Shown piece after piece: positions 1-8,650 of a DNA stretch of 32,000 nucleotides (positions within the stretch are counted from its first letter, which is position 1; each line of letters begins with the position of its first letter). The notes under the pieces were generated by a model. It was not told where the DNA came from, ran no database searches, and worked only from the letters and a program-made list of their open reading frames with translations. A program made the translations under genes and the position numbers. Location of the stretch: positions 1,770,001 through 1,802,000 of the forward strand of contig NC_009483.1 of the NCBI RefSeq assembly GCF_000016745.1, in the 5' to 3' direction. The stretch comes from Geotalea uraniireducens Rf4 (GTDB taxonomy: Bacteria > Desulfobacterota > Desulfuromonadia > Geobacterales > Geobacteraceae).

Positions 1-32
1 ACCCTGCCCGGGCGGATTGGTGTTTGAAGCTG

Positions 33-1061
33 TTACTTGATGCTCTTGACGGTTTTTTCCACCATCTTCGCCACGTTAGCAGGGAGTGGCGCATAGAGGA
101 TCTTGTCGGCCATCTTCTGGCCATGCTTCAATTCCCAGTTGAGGAACTCGACCAGCTTCTTTCCTATTACCTTGTCCTTCTGGTCCTGGTAGACGAGGAG
201 CCAGGTGAAGCCGACGATCGGGTAGGCATCCTTGCCCGGCTGGTTGACCAGCGAGATGCGGTAATCGGCAGGCATGGATTTGGCCGCGCCGGCAGCTGCT
301 GCGCTGGTGGACTTGATGGAAGGCTCGACGAAATTGCCGCTCTTGTTTTTCAATGTGGCGAAAGGAAGCTTGTTTTCGAAGGCATAGGCCAGTTCCACGT
401 AACCGATGGTGTACTGGGTGGTCTTGACCTGTCCGGCAACCCCTTCGTTACCCTTGCCGCCGAGGCCGATAGGCCACTTGACGGAAGCACCCTTGCCCAC
501 CTTGCCTGCCCATTCCGGGCTGACGCTGGAAAGATAGTCGGTGAAGATGCTCGTGGTGCCGCTCCCGTCAGAGCGGTGAACAACGATGATCGGCTGGTTG
601 GGAAGCTTGATCTTGGGGTTGTCGTTGGCGATCTTCGGGTCGTTCCACTTGGTGATCTTCCCCAGGTAGATATCAGCCACATCTTCGGAAGAAAGCTTCA
701 GCCCTTTACCCACGCCGGGAACGTTGTAAGTGACGACCACGGCGCCCATAACGGTCGGGATGTGGAGCAGCTTGCCGGGGGCAGCCTTCAGTTCTGCGTC
801 GGAGAGGAATTTATCGGAAGCGCCGAAATCGACGGTCTGGGCAGTGATCTGCTTGATGCCGCCGCCTGAGCCGATGGACTGGTAGTTGAACTTGACGGTC
901 GGATCGACCTTGGCGTATTCGGCGAACCACTTGGAGTAGAGCGGGTAGGGGAAGGTTGCGCCTGCGCCGTTGATGAGCGTTTCTGCCGATGCCTGGCCGG
1001 AGATGGCGGTTACCGCCAGGATGGCCAGGGTCAGAATGCTTTTACGGATGATGTTGAGCAT
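33..1061 (-). CDS. pstS: Phosphate ABC transporter substrate-binding protein PstS
   Basis: 342-aa ORF with a signal peptide (..AISGQASA) followed by the PstS hallmark run GAGATFPYPLYSKW..YQSIGSGGGIKQ. AAGGAGGA RBS lies 6 nt upstream of the ATG (rc of 1068-1075). Confidence 0.9.
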   Translation of the reverse strand: MLNIIRKSILTLAILAVTAISGQASAETLINGAGATFPYPLYSKWFAEYAKVDPTVKFNYQSIGSGGGIKQITAQTVDFGASDKFLSDAELKAAPGKLLHIPTVMGAVVVTYNVPGVGKGLKLSSEDVADIYLGKITKWNDPKIANDNPKIKLPNQPIIVVHRSDGSGTTSIFTDYLSSVSPEWAGKVGKGASVKWPIGLGGKGNEGVAGQVKTTQYTIGYVELAYAFENKLPFATLKNKSGNFVEPSIKSTSAAAAGAAKSMPADYRISLVNQPGKDAYPIVGFTWLLVYQDQKDKVIGKKLVEFLNWELKHGQKMADKILYAPLPANVAKMVEKTVKSIK

Positions 1062-1111
1062 GTATGTTCCTCCTTTTTTATGTTTGCTTTGGGCTTATTA
1101 TTGCCTGCTAA

Positions 1112-1133
1112 ATGTTACAACCATGTTACAGGT
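1112..1133 (-). promoter_or_regulatory. Pho-box-like tandem direct repeat upstream of pstS
   Basis: atgttacaacc/atgttacaggt is a direct repeat with 11-bp periodicity. On the gene strand it reads CTGTAACATGG TTGTAACATTT, close to the E. coli PhoB box (CTGTCAT N4 CTGTCAT). It sits ~50-70 nt upstream of the pstS start. Confidence 0.45.
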
Positions 1134-1238
1134 TGGGAAAGATTCGGTGAAAAAGCGTGAACGTTGCATTGTGAAGGGGGAAAGGGGAGAAAACATCTGC
1201 GTGCTCTGCCACCCTATCCAAGAAATATTACCATCTTT

Positions 1239-1676
1239 TCACAATTCTGCACGGTGGCTGCGGGGTGAATACCTGACGGCAATAATCCTGACAAAGGCCA
1301 GCGACAGGACGAGGATGATCACCATGGCCAGCTGCTGCCAGTCCATTTCCTTGTACCAGAAGGCCATCACTTCGGTGAGGACGGTGACCATGACCGTGTC
1401 GATGATGTAGGTGACCTTGACCCGTCCCTCGGTAAAGTAGGCCAGCGCGGTTCGTAATATTTCGACGATGGCCAGGACGGTGAGCACATCGACGAGGAAT
1501 GTCCTGAACGCGGTATGAAACTCCGTGATGAAGATCAGCCTCAGATCGTAAAAGGTGTAGATAATTCCCGTCAGGATCGCCAACAGTATTGCGGCAATGA
1601 GCAGGCTCAAAAGAACCCTGGCTGAAATCTCGAAAAATCTGGTCAGTTTTAAATCAACGACATCTTCTTTCCACAT
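1239..1676 (-). CDS. psiE: PsiE-family phosphate-starvation-inducible membrane protein
   Basis: 145-aa ORF with about 4 hydrophobic segments. Size and sequence flavour (..LVDVLTVLAIVEILR..VTYIIDTV..) match the PsiE family. AGGAGG RBS; adjacent to pstS. Confidence 0.65.
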   Translation of the reverse strand: MWKEDVVDLKLTRFFEISARVLLSLLIAAILLAILTGIIYTFYDLRLIFITEFHTAFRTFLVDVLTVLAIVEILRTALAYFTEGRVKVTYIIDTVMVTVLTEVMAFWYKEMDWQQLAMVIILVLSLAFVRIIAVRYSPRSHRAEL

Positions 1677-1712
1677 GATTCCTCCTTTTTTTCGATAAAG
1701 GATAGCGGCTGA

Positions 1713-1734
1713 ATGTTACAGCCTCGTTAAATGC
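1713..1734 (-). promoter_or_regulatory. Possible Pho box upstream of psiE-like gene (one strong, one weak half-site)
   Basis: The gene strand reads GCATTTAACGA GGCTGTAACAT. The CTGTAACAT half is identical to the pstS site and the second half is degenerate. Confidence 0.3.
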
Positions 1735-1828
1735 AAGTCAGGACTGGGAAAATATTGACATTGGCAGGGGAAAAGGTATCTTCAGATGAGCGGCGTCATG
1801 GTCGTTAAAGATTTACGAGGGGGGCGCT

Positions 1829-2437
1829 ATGGAAAAGGTGTTCAACCATCTTAAAAGCAAGTTTGTCACAGGGCTGTTCGTGGTCATCCCTCTTGGGATA
1901 ACCATCTTTATTCTCAAGTTTCTCTTCAATTTTGCCGACGGAATCCTCGGTTCCTATCTGGACAGCCTGTTCAGCGCCATTGCCCATGAAGAGTTCCATT
2001 TTCCCGGGTTGGGTATGCTGACCGGTGCGGTGGTCATCTACCTTTCCGGCCTTCTGGCGTCCAATGTCCTCGGAACCCAGTTCCTCAAATGGTGGGACGC
2101 GTTCCTCTCAAAAATTCCGCTCGTGAAGTCGATTTACACTTCCAGCAAGCAGCTGACCCATGTGTTCAAGGACGGAAAGACCTCCTATCGCCGCGCGGTA
2201 TTCGTCGAATGGCCCCGCAATGGGGTGCGCGCCGTCGGCTTTGTCACCGCCGAGGTAATGCGGAACGGTGAACGGCTGGTGGTGGTCTACGTGCCGACCA
2301 TGCCCAACCCCACCTCCGGTTTTGCCCTGTTCTTCCGCGAAGATGAGGTGCTGGAGAGCGGCATGACAGTTGAAGACGCGGTCAAGTTCGTGGTTTCCGG
2401 CGGCGTGGTGGTGCGCGATGAAACGCCCGTCGGTTAA
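1829..2437 (+). CDS. DUF502 family membrane protein
   Basis: 202-aa ORF with two N-terminal TM segments, then the motifs typical of DUF502/COG2928 proteins (IPLVKSIYTSSKQ.. and PTMPNPTSGF). GAGGGGGG RBS. Confidence 0.8.
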   Translation: MEKVFNHLKSKFVTGLFVVIPLGITIFILKFLFNFADGILGSYLDSLFSAIAHEEFHFPGLGMLTGAVVIYLSGLLASNVLGTQFLKWWDAFLSKIPLVKSIYTSSKQLTHVFKDGKTSYRRAVFVEWPRNGVRAVGFVTAEVMRNGERLVVVYVPTMPNPTSGFALFFREDEVLESGMTVEDAVKFVVSGGVVVRDETPVG

Positions 2438-2484
2438 AGCGTTTTTGAAAAATGCTTTTCACCACGGACATGGAGAAAACATGC

Positions 2485-2518
2485 AAAAAACCGGAGTATT
2501 TCAGAAAGGGGAAATACT
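2485..2518 (-). terminator. Rho-independent terminator downstream of the Hsp70-like gene
   Basis: 8-bp stem agtatttc (2495-2502) / gaaatact (2511-2518). On the minus strand it is followed by ccgg + TTTTTT (plus-strand A6 at 2485-2490). Confidence 0.55.
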
Positions 2519-2562
2519 GAATCAAGCCGGGAACAGCGGCTTAACAGCGGGGGCGGGCCGTA

Positions 2563-3834
2563 TCAAACAAACAGCGGTACACTGGCACCAAGCCCGTGGA
2601 CAACACTGGTAAAGGCATCCATATTCTCCAGTTTTTCTTTACCGAAGCGGTCGGCAAAAAGCTTTCGGACATAGGGGATATGGGAAGTTCCGCCGGTAAG
2701 GAAAACCGTGTCAATCTGTTGATGGGAAACCCCGGATTTGGCTACGACTTCGTCCACACAGCAGGCGATCTTTTCGAAATTTTCAAAGTTGATGGATTCG
2801 AACTCGCTTTTACTGATTTCTTCGCTGATGGAAAGGTCGCGCTCCTTGAAGCTGATTTGCGCATGGTCGGCATAAGAAAGCTCGCACTTGGCCTTCTCGA
2901 TTGATTGAAACAGGAAAAAACCGTAATTGTCCGTAATGATGTTTTCCAGGTGCTCTATCGCCTTTTTGTCACTGGCAGCGTTTTTTATCAGGCGGATATG
3001 TTCTCTCGTCTTTCTCGTTCTCAATAACGGAATCCGGTGCCATTGACACAGGGTAGAGATGATGCTCTGGGGGATGTCGAACCATTCATCCTTGCCCATG
3101 CCTTTGTATTTCACATGCCGCCCAAAATACTTGGCTATTTTATCCCACATGATCTGTGAATCGAATTTATCACCGGCTATATAGACACCGCCGAGAGACA
3201 GAACGTCGCTCCGCCGGTCAGCCCTGGCAAAGGCACCGCCTTTGACCCTTATCACCGTAAAGTCCGATGTCCCGCCGCCAAAATCACCGATAAAAATCAC
3301 CTTCTCCTCTCCCGGCTTTAAACTTTCTTCAAAAGCCAGCGCTGCCGCTACCGGTTCGAATTGAAACCAGATATGCTTGAACCCCGCCTTACGCGCCGCC
3401 TTTTCCAGCCGGTTCTGGGCAACGGCGTCTTTTTCGGCATTCCGGGAAAAGATTACCGGACGGCCCAGAACAACGCTGTCCACCGTATGCCCCACGTGGG
3501 CTTCGCCCTTTGCCTTGATTTTTCCGAGGATGATTGCGACGAGATCGTCGATGGCGTATCTTTTGCCATAGACCTCGGTGCAATCAAAACTGGTGTTCGG
3601 TAAAAAGGTCTTGATGGACTGCATGAAACGCCCTGCCGCTCCTTCATGGACATAATTGTTGATAGCCTCGTGGCCGGCAAATATCTCGTTGTCCTCGTTA
3701 AAATAAAGGACCGAGCGCATCAGTTTCCCGGTGGTGTTGTACTCATCGATGTCTACGATTTCAACCGCACCGTTTCTGTATACCGATAGCGCCGAATTGG
3801 TCGTCCCAAAGTCGATGCCGAATACTATTTGCAT
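2563..3834 (-). CDS. Hsp70-family ATPase lacking a substrate-binding domain (YegD-like)
   Basis: 423-aa ORF. N-terminal phosphate-1 motif GIDFGTTNSAL, IGDFGGGTSDF (phosphate-2) and LTGGTSHIP (adenosine motif). Its length corresponds to the nucleotide-binding domain only. Confidence 0.85.
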   Translation of the reverse strand: MQIVFGIDFGTTNSALSVYRNGAVEIVDIDEYNTTGKLMRSVLYFNEDNEIFAGHEAINNYVHEGAAGRFMQSIKTFLPNTSFDCTEVYGKRYAIDDLVAIILGKIKAKGEAHVGHTVDSVVLGRPVIFSRNAEKDAVAQNRLEKAARKAGFKHIWFQFEPVAAALAFEESLKPGEEKVIFIGDFGGGTSDFTVIRVKGGAFARADRRSDVLSLGGVYIAGDKFDSQIMWDKIAKYFGRHVKYKGMGKDEWFDIPQSIISTLCQWHRIPLLRTRKTREHIRLIKNAASDKKAIEHLENIITDNYGFFLFQSIEKAKCELSYADHAQISFKERDLSISEEISKSEFESINFENFEKIACCVDEVVAKSGVSHQQIDTVFLTGGTSHIPYVRKLFADRFGKEKLENMDAFTSVVHGLGASVPLFV

Positions 3835-3931
3835 TATTTAACTCCCCATGCGGAAAAAAGAGCCTGGAATCTGAACCGGGCACTTTAACCCACCACCTTG
3901 CCTGGACACAAGACAAGAATTGCGTCGCTGG

Positions 3932-3963
3932 AAAAAAAGTCGTGGGGGGGTAAAAACCCCGAC
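3932..3963 (-). terminator. Orphan terminator-like hairpin on the minus strand, upstream of the Hsp70-like gene
   Basis: The minus strand reads GTCGGGG-ttttta-CCCC(A)CGAC followed by TTTTTTT (plus-strand A7 at 3932-3938). No annotated minus-strand gene ends here. Confidence 0.4.
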
Positions 3964-4274
3964 TACCCATTACTTTTAGCAGCGTCGTCGCCGGCATTAC
4001 CAACAAGTTGACGGTGCTTTCCCTGAAGTGGATGCCGAGAAGGATGATGACAACGACGGCGAAGTTTCTCATGAGCAGGGGGGATGAAGTGACATCCGGA
4101 AATGCGATATTAATATTTTCTTGGAAAATCAAAAAAATGGCGCTATATCCTTAGTTGTTGTTGAAATAACATTTTGATCATTTTGTTTGTTTTGCTTTGT
4201 GCGGCATATTCCTTCCCGCTTCTATGCACTTTCTTTAACCGCTGAACCTGAATAGCCGGAGGAAATATCGAATC

Positions 4275-4745
4275 ATGAAAATAGAACAAGCAACCGCCGA
4301 TGATGCCGTCGAGATTCTGGCGTTGCAGAAGCTGGCCTATCTGAGCGAGGCGGAGCTCTACAACGACTTCACCATCCCGCCCCTCACCCAGACCTTGGGC
4401 GAGATTACCGCCGAGTTTCCACGTCGCGTATTTCTCAAGGCGGTTGAGGGGGGAAAGATCATCGGTTCAGTGCAAGGGTTTGAGGTCGGCGACACCTGTC
4501 AAGTCGGCCGGCTCATGGTCCATCCCGAACGGCAGGGAGAAGGGATCGGCACTCGCCTCATGGCAGCCATCGAGGCGGCTTTTGCCGATGTCGAACAGTT
4601 CGAGCTCTTCACCGGCCATAAAAGCGTTGCCAACATCCGCCTGTACGAACGGCTCGGCTACAGTGTTTTCCGGACCGAGGCGGTGACTCCGGCGCTCACG
4701 CTCGTTTTCATGGAGAAGCGGATACATCGCGGCAAGACCGTATGA
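4275..4745 (+). CDS. GNAT family N-acetyltransferase
   Basis: 156-aa ORF with the acetyl-CoA binding motif-A pattern (RLMVHPERQGEGIGTRLM). GGAGG RBS ~10 nt upstream. Confidence 0.8.
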   Translation: MKIEQATADDAVEILALQKLAYLSEAELYNDFTIPPLTQTLGEITAEFPRRVFLKAVEGGKIIGSVQGFEVGDTCQVGRLMVHPERQGEGIGTRLMAAIEAAFADVEQFELFTGHKSVANIRLYERLGYSVFRTEAVTPALTLVFMEKRIHRGKTV

Positions 4746-4823
4746 GGGGTGATGCCCGGCGCGAAGGCTGGCTGAATCAGGCGGGAACGGGGGAAAAGGT
4801 AAGTGGGGCAACTGTCGGAATAA

Positions 4824-5330
4824 ATGGGAGATGACGCCATGGATTCGGGGGAAGGGGAGACGGCTTTTCGGCGCCTGGCGGAGATTGTCGAGCGGAGCGG
4901 CGTCCCGTTCATCCTTCACGCGCACGCAGCGACGCGGACGGTGGAGGATGCGGAGAAAAACCTGTCGTTCGAGGTGGTGCGGATAGTCAAGACCGTGGCG
5001 TTTCGCACCCGCAACGGCGGACTTGTTCTGGCTGCACTCCGGGGGACCAGAAGGGTCGATTATCCACGGCTCGCGGCTCTCGTCGGCTTCAACCGCCGCG
5101 ACCTTGCTTCCCTCTCGCCGGAGGAGGTACGGGAACTCCTCGGGGTCGAGCCGGGGAGCGTTTCACCGCTCCCGCTCCGGGAAGATGTTACTGTTCTCAT
5201 CGATGATGACGTGCTGACGATTGTGCCGACCATCTACTGCGGTATCGGCCGCTCTGACCGGACCCTGGAGATAGCGCCCGCTGATCTTGCAAGGCTGACC
5301 GGTGGGCGGATAGGTGCTTTTTCGCGGTAG
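4824..5330 (+). CDS. YbaK/EbsC-type aminoacyl-tRNA deacylase domain protein
   Basis: 168-aa ORF. Layout and motifs (..IVKTVAFR..GGLVLAALRGTRRVDYPRLAALVG..SVSPL..) resemble YbaK/ProX editing-domain proteins. The exact start is uncertain. Confidence 0.6.
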   Translation: MGDDAMDSGEGETAFRRLAEIVERSGVPFILHAHAATRTVEDAEKNLSFEVVRIVKTVAFRTRNGGLVLAALRGTRRVDYPRLAALVGFNRRDLASLSPEEVRELLGVEPGSVSPLPLREDVTVLIDDDVLTIVPTIYCGIGRSDRTLEIAPADLARLTGGRIGAFSR

Positions 5331-5357
5331 TGAATGAATTGCTTCAGGAGGTTCCTT

Positions 5358-5561
5358 ATGATCCGATCCACAATATTACTGCTTACTTTGCTCTGTCTGC
5401 TGCTTTTTGCGGGCTGCGCGACCGACAACATACGGCATGGGCTCTATGAAGGATTCCGGACGCAAAACGATCTGCAGAACCCACCGCCGGAACGCGTCGG
5501 CAAGCCGGAATCGCCCGATTACCTGGAGTATGAACGGTTGAGAAAAGAGCAGAGCCGTTGA
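5358..5561 (+). CDS. Small lipoprotein
   Basis: The internal ATG at 5358 is preceded by AGGAGG. The signal peptide ends in the lipobox LFAG/C (MIRSTILLLTLLCLLLFAGC). Confidence 0.6.
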   Translation: MIRSTILLLTLLCLLLFAGCATDNIRHGLYEGFRTQNDLQNPPPERVGKPESPDYLEYERLRKEQSR

Positions 5562-5745
5562 TCCGTTGGCGAAGTTGCAGGCTGGATTACCCCAAGATTG
5601 GGTGGAGTTGGACCAACAACTGTTGCAATGTTGCTACGGAACACGGTAATGGCTGCTGAAATTCGTGCATCCAGGTCGGTCTGATCACGGGCTGACCCAG
5701 CGGTGCAACGACGTTAGCCGTTGACCCGCCAAAGGAAATTGAGCC

Positions 5746-6312
5746 TTGAACAAAGAACTTCACGATGAGCTTCTTTCGATGCAGCATGAAGACCAGAGAG
5801 TATTGCAGGAGCTGGTCGATAGTGGCGAATTAGGTACGGTCGAATACCATCCGAGAATCAAGGAAGTTCACGAGCGAAACAATGTGCGTATAAAGCAAAT
5901 CGTCGAACAATATGGATGGCCGGGGATCAGTCTGGCAGGCAAGGAGGGTGCAGAAGCGGCATGGCTCGTCGTCCAGCATGCGGTGCTTGATACTGAATTT
6001 ATGGGGGTATGTCTGGCACTTCTCGGAGAGGCCGTAAGAAACGGAGAAGCGGAAGGCGTGCACTTCGCCTATCTGCAAGACAGAGTGCTGATTATGTCCG
6101 GAAGGCCGCAAATCTATGGTACACAGCATGATGTAGATGAAAATGGAACTGCCTTCCCTTTGCCGATAGAGAACCCATCTGAAGTCGACTATTTACGGAG
6201 GGAGATGGGATTGGGCACTCTCGCGGAAGCGACAAGCCGAATACAGGAGATGTCCAATACCATTCGTCGTAACCGTGAGGCTGACAGGTTCAATAAGGAC
6301 ATTGCGCGCTGA
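5746..6312 (+). CDS. Hypothetical protein (resembles DUF6624-type family)
   Basis: 188-aa ORF with a TTG start at 5746 (alternative ATG at 5779). The motif run GWPG.SL.G..GA.AAWL.VQHA resembles what I recall of DUF6624 proteins; this needs a profile search. Confidence 0.55.
   Translation: MNKELHDELLSMQHEDQRVLQELVDSGELGTVEYHPRIKEVHERNNVRIKQIVEQYGWPGISLAGKEGAEAAWLVVQHAVLDTEFMGVCLALLGEAVRNGEAEGVHFAYLQDRVLIMSGRPQIYGTQHDVDENGTAFPLPIENPSEVDYLRREMGLGTLAEATSRIQEMSNTIRRNREADRFNKDIAR
6236..6287 (+). repeat. Direct repeat copy 1 (3' end of the 5746-6312 gene)
   Basis: gccgaatacaggaga + 5 nt + aataccattcgtcgtaaccgtgaggctgacag. The 32-nt part is identical to 13310-13341 and the 15-nt part to 13290-13304. 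Confidence 0.9.
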
Positions 6313-6515
6313 CACGATGGATCAGATGGTTATCGAACACCTTGTGAAACCCCTGGCGATCTCTGCGTCTGCAAGGGTGATACCCTGCCGCACATGGAAA
6401 GCCTCGGCCAAGTCAAACTATTGTTAGTCCCTTAGAAAAATTATTTGCATGTTTTTTGCGAAGAATTTTTCGTGAAGGGACTTATCCCGTTCATCGGGGT
6501 TAGGAATCTTAATAT

Positions 6516-7046
6516 ATGGCCAGGAATATCGAAATAAAGGCACGCATCGAGAATGTAGAAGCTATAATTCCAAAGGCAGCCGCACTTGCGGACAAAGGGC
6601 CAATCGAGATACTGCAAGACGATACGTTTTTTACTTGCCCGAACGGCAGGCTGAAGCTTCGTGCTTTTTCCTCCACAGAGGGCGAGCTTATCTTCTATCG
6701 ACGCCCCGATCAGGCAGGGCCTAAAGAATCGTTCTATCTCATCTCTCCAACATCTGCACCAGATGTACTTAGAGAGTCTTTATCGCTGGCTTATGGTCAA
6801 GTCGGGCGTGTACGCAAACACCGTACCTTGTTCCTTGCCGGCAGAACACGCATTCATCTCGATAGAGTTGAAGATCTGGGGCACTTCCTCGAGTTGGAGG
6901 TCGTCTTGTCGGATGGCGAAGCCATGGAAACCGGCAAAGAGATTGCGCAAGATCTGATCGGAAAGCTGGGTATTGCATCAATTCAACTCATTGAAGGGGC
7001 GTATGTCGATCTGCTTGACCAAACTGCGCCTGATCATGTCAAATAA
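6516..7046 (+). CDS. CYTH-domain protein (class IV adenylate cyclase/CyaB-like)
   Basis: 176-aa ORF. N-terminal EIK (ExExK-type CYTH signature within MARNIEIKARI), size and later acidic motif (HLDRVEDLGHFLELEV) fit the CYTH/CyaB family. Confidence 0.75.
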   Translation: MARNIEIKARIENVEAIIPKAAALADKGPIEILQDDTFFTCPNGRLKLRAFSSTEGELIFYRRPDQAGPKESFYLISPTSAPDVLRESLSLAYGQVGRVRKHRTLFLAGRTRIHLDRVEDLGHFLELEVVLSDGEAMETGKEIAQDLIGKLGIASIQLIEGAYVDLLDQTAPDHVK

Positions 7047-7130
7047 AGGCATTGAAAGGTGGAGTCCATTCACCCATTGGTGAGCCATTACCGCGCCTCT
7101 CAACGGCATTTTCCTGAAGGAGAAAAACAT

Positions 7131-7883
7131 ATGGAGAGCAGAATCGCCAAGGAATTGAAGCTCCGGCATGAGCCGGTGGCTATCATCTTCACCGACGAAA
7201 AGCCAGAAGGTGTGCTCCAGTTCACCGAGGGGCGCTGGGGGTGCGTGGTGGCCATGATGACAGCGGCGGCGAAGGGAAAAACGGCGGTGTTCGACCGCAG
7301 CACGGCCGGCTGCATGGGGGGCAAGGTGGGGCTCTGCTTCGGCAATACCTACCCGGATGTCCCGGGCGGGATCGAAAATTTCCTCTCCACAGGGACCCCC
7401 GGCCGAGAGGGGGAGGCGTACAAGAAAAGCCCGGAGTTGGCGAAGAGCTATGCCGACCAGCTTCCCTTTGCCGACATCCCGGAGAAGTATGTGATTTTCA
7501 AGCCGCTGGCAAATGTGGGCCCGGCGAGAGAAACACCCCAGGTGGTCTGCATGTACACAAACCCGGACCAACTGTCGGCCCTGGTAGTACTGGCAAACTA
7601 CGGCAGGCCGGGCGCCGATAACGTCATCATCCCTTTCAGCGCAGGATGCCATACCATCTGCCTGCTTCCGTACCATGAGGGACAGCAGGAGCGCCCGCGG
7701 GCGGTGGTGGGGTTGACCGATATTACCGCTCGCCCCTATATAGACGCGGACCTTCTTTCATTCAGCGTTTCATGGGGCATGTTCCTGGAGATGGAATCCA
7801 ACATCTCCGGTAGTTTCCTGGAAAAACATCAATGGCAAAAGGTGCGGGAGCGGATCTCGTTTGCCGCGAAACCGGCTGTATAA
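7131..7883 (+). CDS. DUF169 domain protein
   Basis: The ATG at 7131 is preceded by AAGGAG; the track ORF starts at an upstream GTG at 7059. PVAIIF..., internal Cys motifs and ~250 aa fit my recollection of DUF169/COG2043. Confidence 0.6.
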   Translation: MESRIAKELKLRHEPVAIIFTDEKPEGVLQFTEGRWGCVVAMMTAAAKGKTAVFDRSTAGCMGGKVGLCFGNTYPDVPGGIENFLSTGTPGREGEAYKKSPELAKSYADQLPFADIPEKYVIFKPLANVGPARETPQVVCMYTNPDQLSALVVLANYGRPGADNVIIPFSAGCHTICLLPYHEGQQERPRAVVGLTDITARPYIDADLLSFSVSWGMFLEMESNISGSFLEKHQWQKVRERISFAAKPAV

Positions 7884-7944
7884 TGGGACAAGATCCTTGG
7901 AACAGAACTTGAGGAACGTATCACATCGCATAAATGAGGAAATT

Positions 7945-8559
7945 ATGAACCCGGAATCTAAGAATTTGGATGACTATCTGATTTCAGATGCAATCGTGGA
8001 CTGGAAAACGCCGCATGTCCGGCAGACAGCCTTGGAACTTACACGGTCGATACCCGATGAAGTTGACAAGGCCCGCTGTTTGTACGAATGGGTCAGAGAT
8101 ACCATTCCTCATACCAATGATGCCGGACTGGAAATAGTGACATGTACCGCGAGTGAAGTGCTTCATCATGGTACTGGTATTTGTTTTTCGAAGAGCCATC
8201 TCCTGGCGGCTTTTCTGCGGGCTGTCAATATCCCGGCCGGTTTTTGCTACCAGGTTTTACGGTTTAATCCGCCGGTTAATAATGAGCTTGTATTGCATGG
8301 CCTTAACGGCATCTACCTCTCCAGCCTTGGCAAATGGATACAAGTGGATGCGCGGGGCAATACAAGGGGGATCAATGCCCAATTCAGTATCGTTAACGAG
8401 CAGCTCGCATTTCCCATGGAAGATTCGGCGGGTGAATTCATCTACGATACGTTATTCGCTGCACCGGTAAGTAATGTGGTTAGTAAGCTGAAAAAGTATG
8501 ATAGCAGAAGAGAGCTGTGGTTGGATCTGCCAAAAGCCTTTGAAAATAAGAACGCATAG
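7945..8559 (+). CDS. Transglutaminase-like cysteine protease-fold protein
   Basis: ATG at 7945 with a GAGGA RBS. The core motif GTGICFSKSHLLAAFLRAVNIPAG matches the transglutaminase-core Cys region, and a downstream H..D (LHGLNGIYL..QVDAR) is plausible. Confidence 0.7.
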   Translation: MNPESKNLDDYLISDAIVDWKTPHVRQTALELTRSIPDEVDKARCLYEWVRDTIPHTNDAGLEIVTCTASEVLHHGTGICFSKSHLLAAFLRAVNIPAGFCYQVLRFNPPVNNELVLHGLNGIYLSSLGKWIQVDARGNTRGINAQFSIVNEQLAFPMEDSAGEFIYDTLFAAPVSNVVSKLKKYDSRRELWLDLPKAFENKNA

Positions 8560-8650
8560 CAACCGAAAAAGCACGCCACCGGATTAGGAACCTTCCCGGC
8601 GAGCTTTGACGTTATCGACTTCCACCAAATCATTTCATACGGGCACGACC

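Noticed and set aside
24-869. 281-aa plus-strand ORF antisense to pstS (also 350-682 on the minus strand in another frame)
   Set aside because: It fully overlaps a confidently identified gene. It has Ala/Gly/Arg/Asp-rich, low-complexity composition typical of shadow ORFs in GC-rich DNA, and no RBS.
3761-4132. 123-aa minus-strand ORF in the Hsp70-like/GNAT intergenic region
   Set aside because: It overlaps the Hsp70-like start in a different frame, runs through a terminator-like hairpin, and has no RBS or recognisable domain.
6978-7676. 232-aa minus-strand ORF antisense to the DUF169 gene (also 7241-7621 on the plus strand)
   Set aside because: Arg/His/Gly-rich shadow frames. The sense DUF169 frame has a good RBS and family-like motifs.
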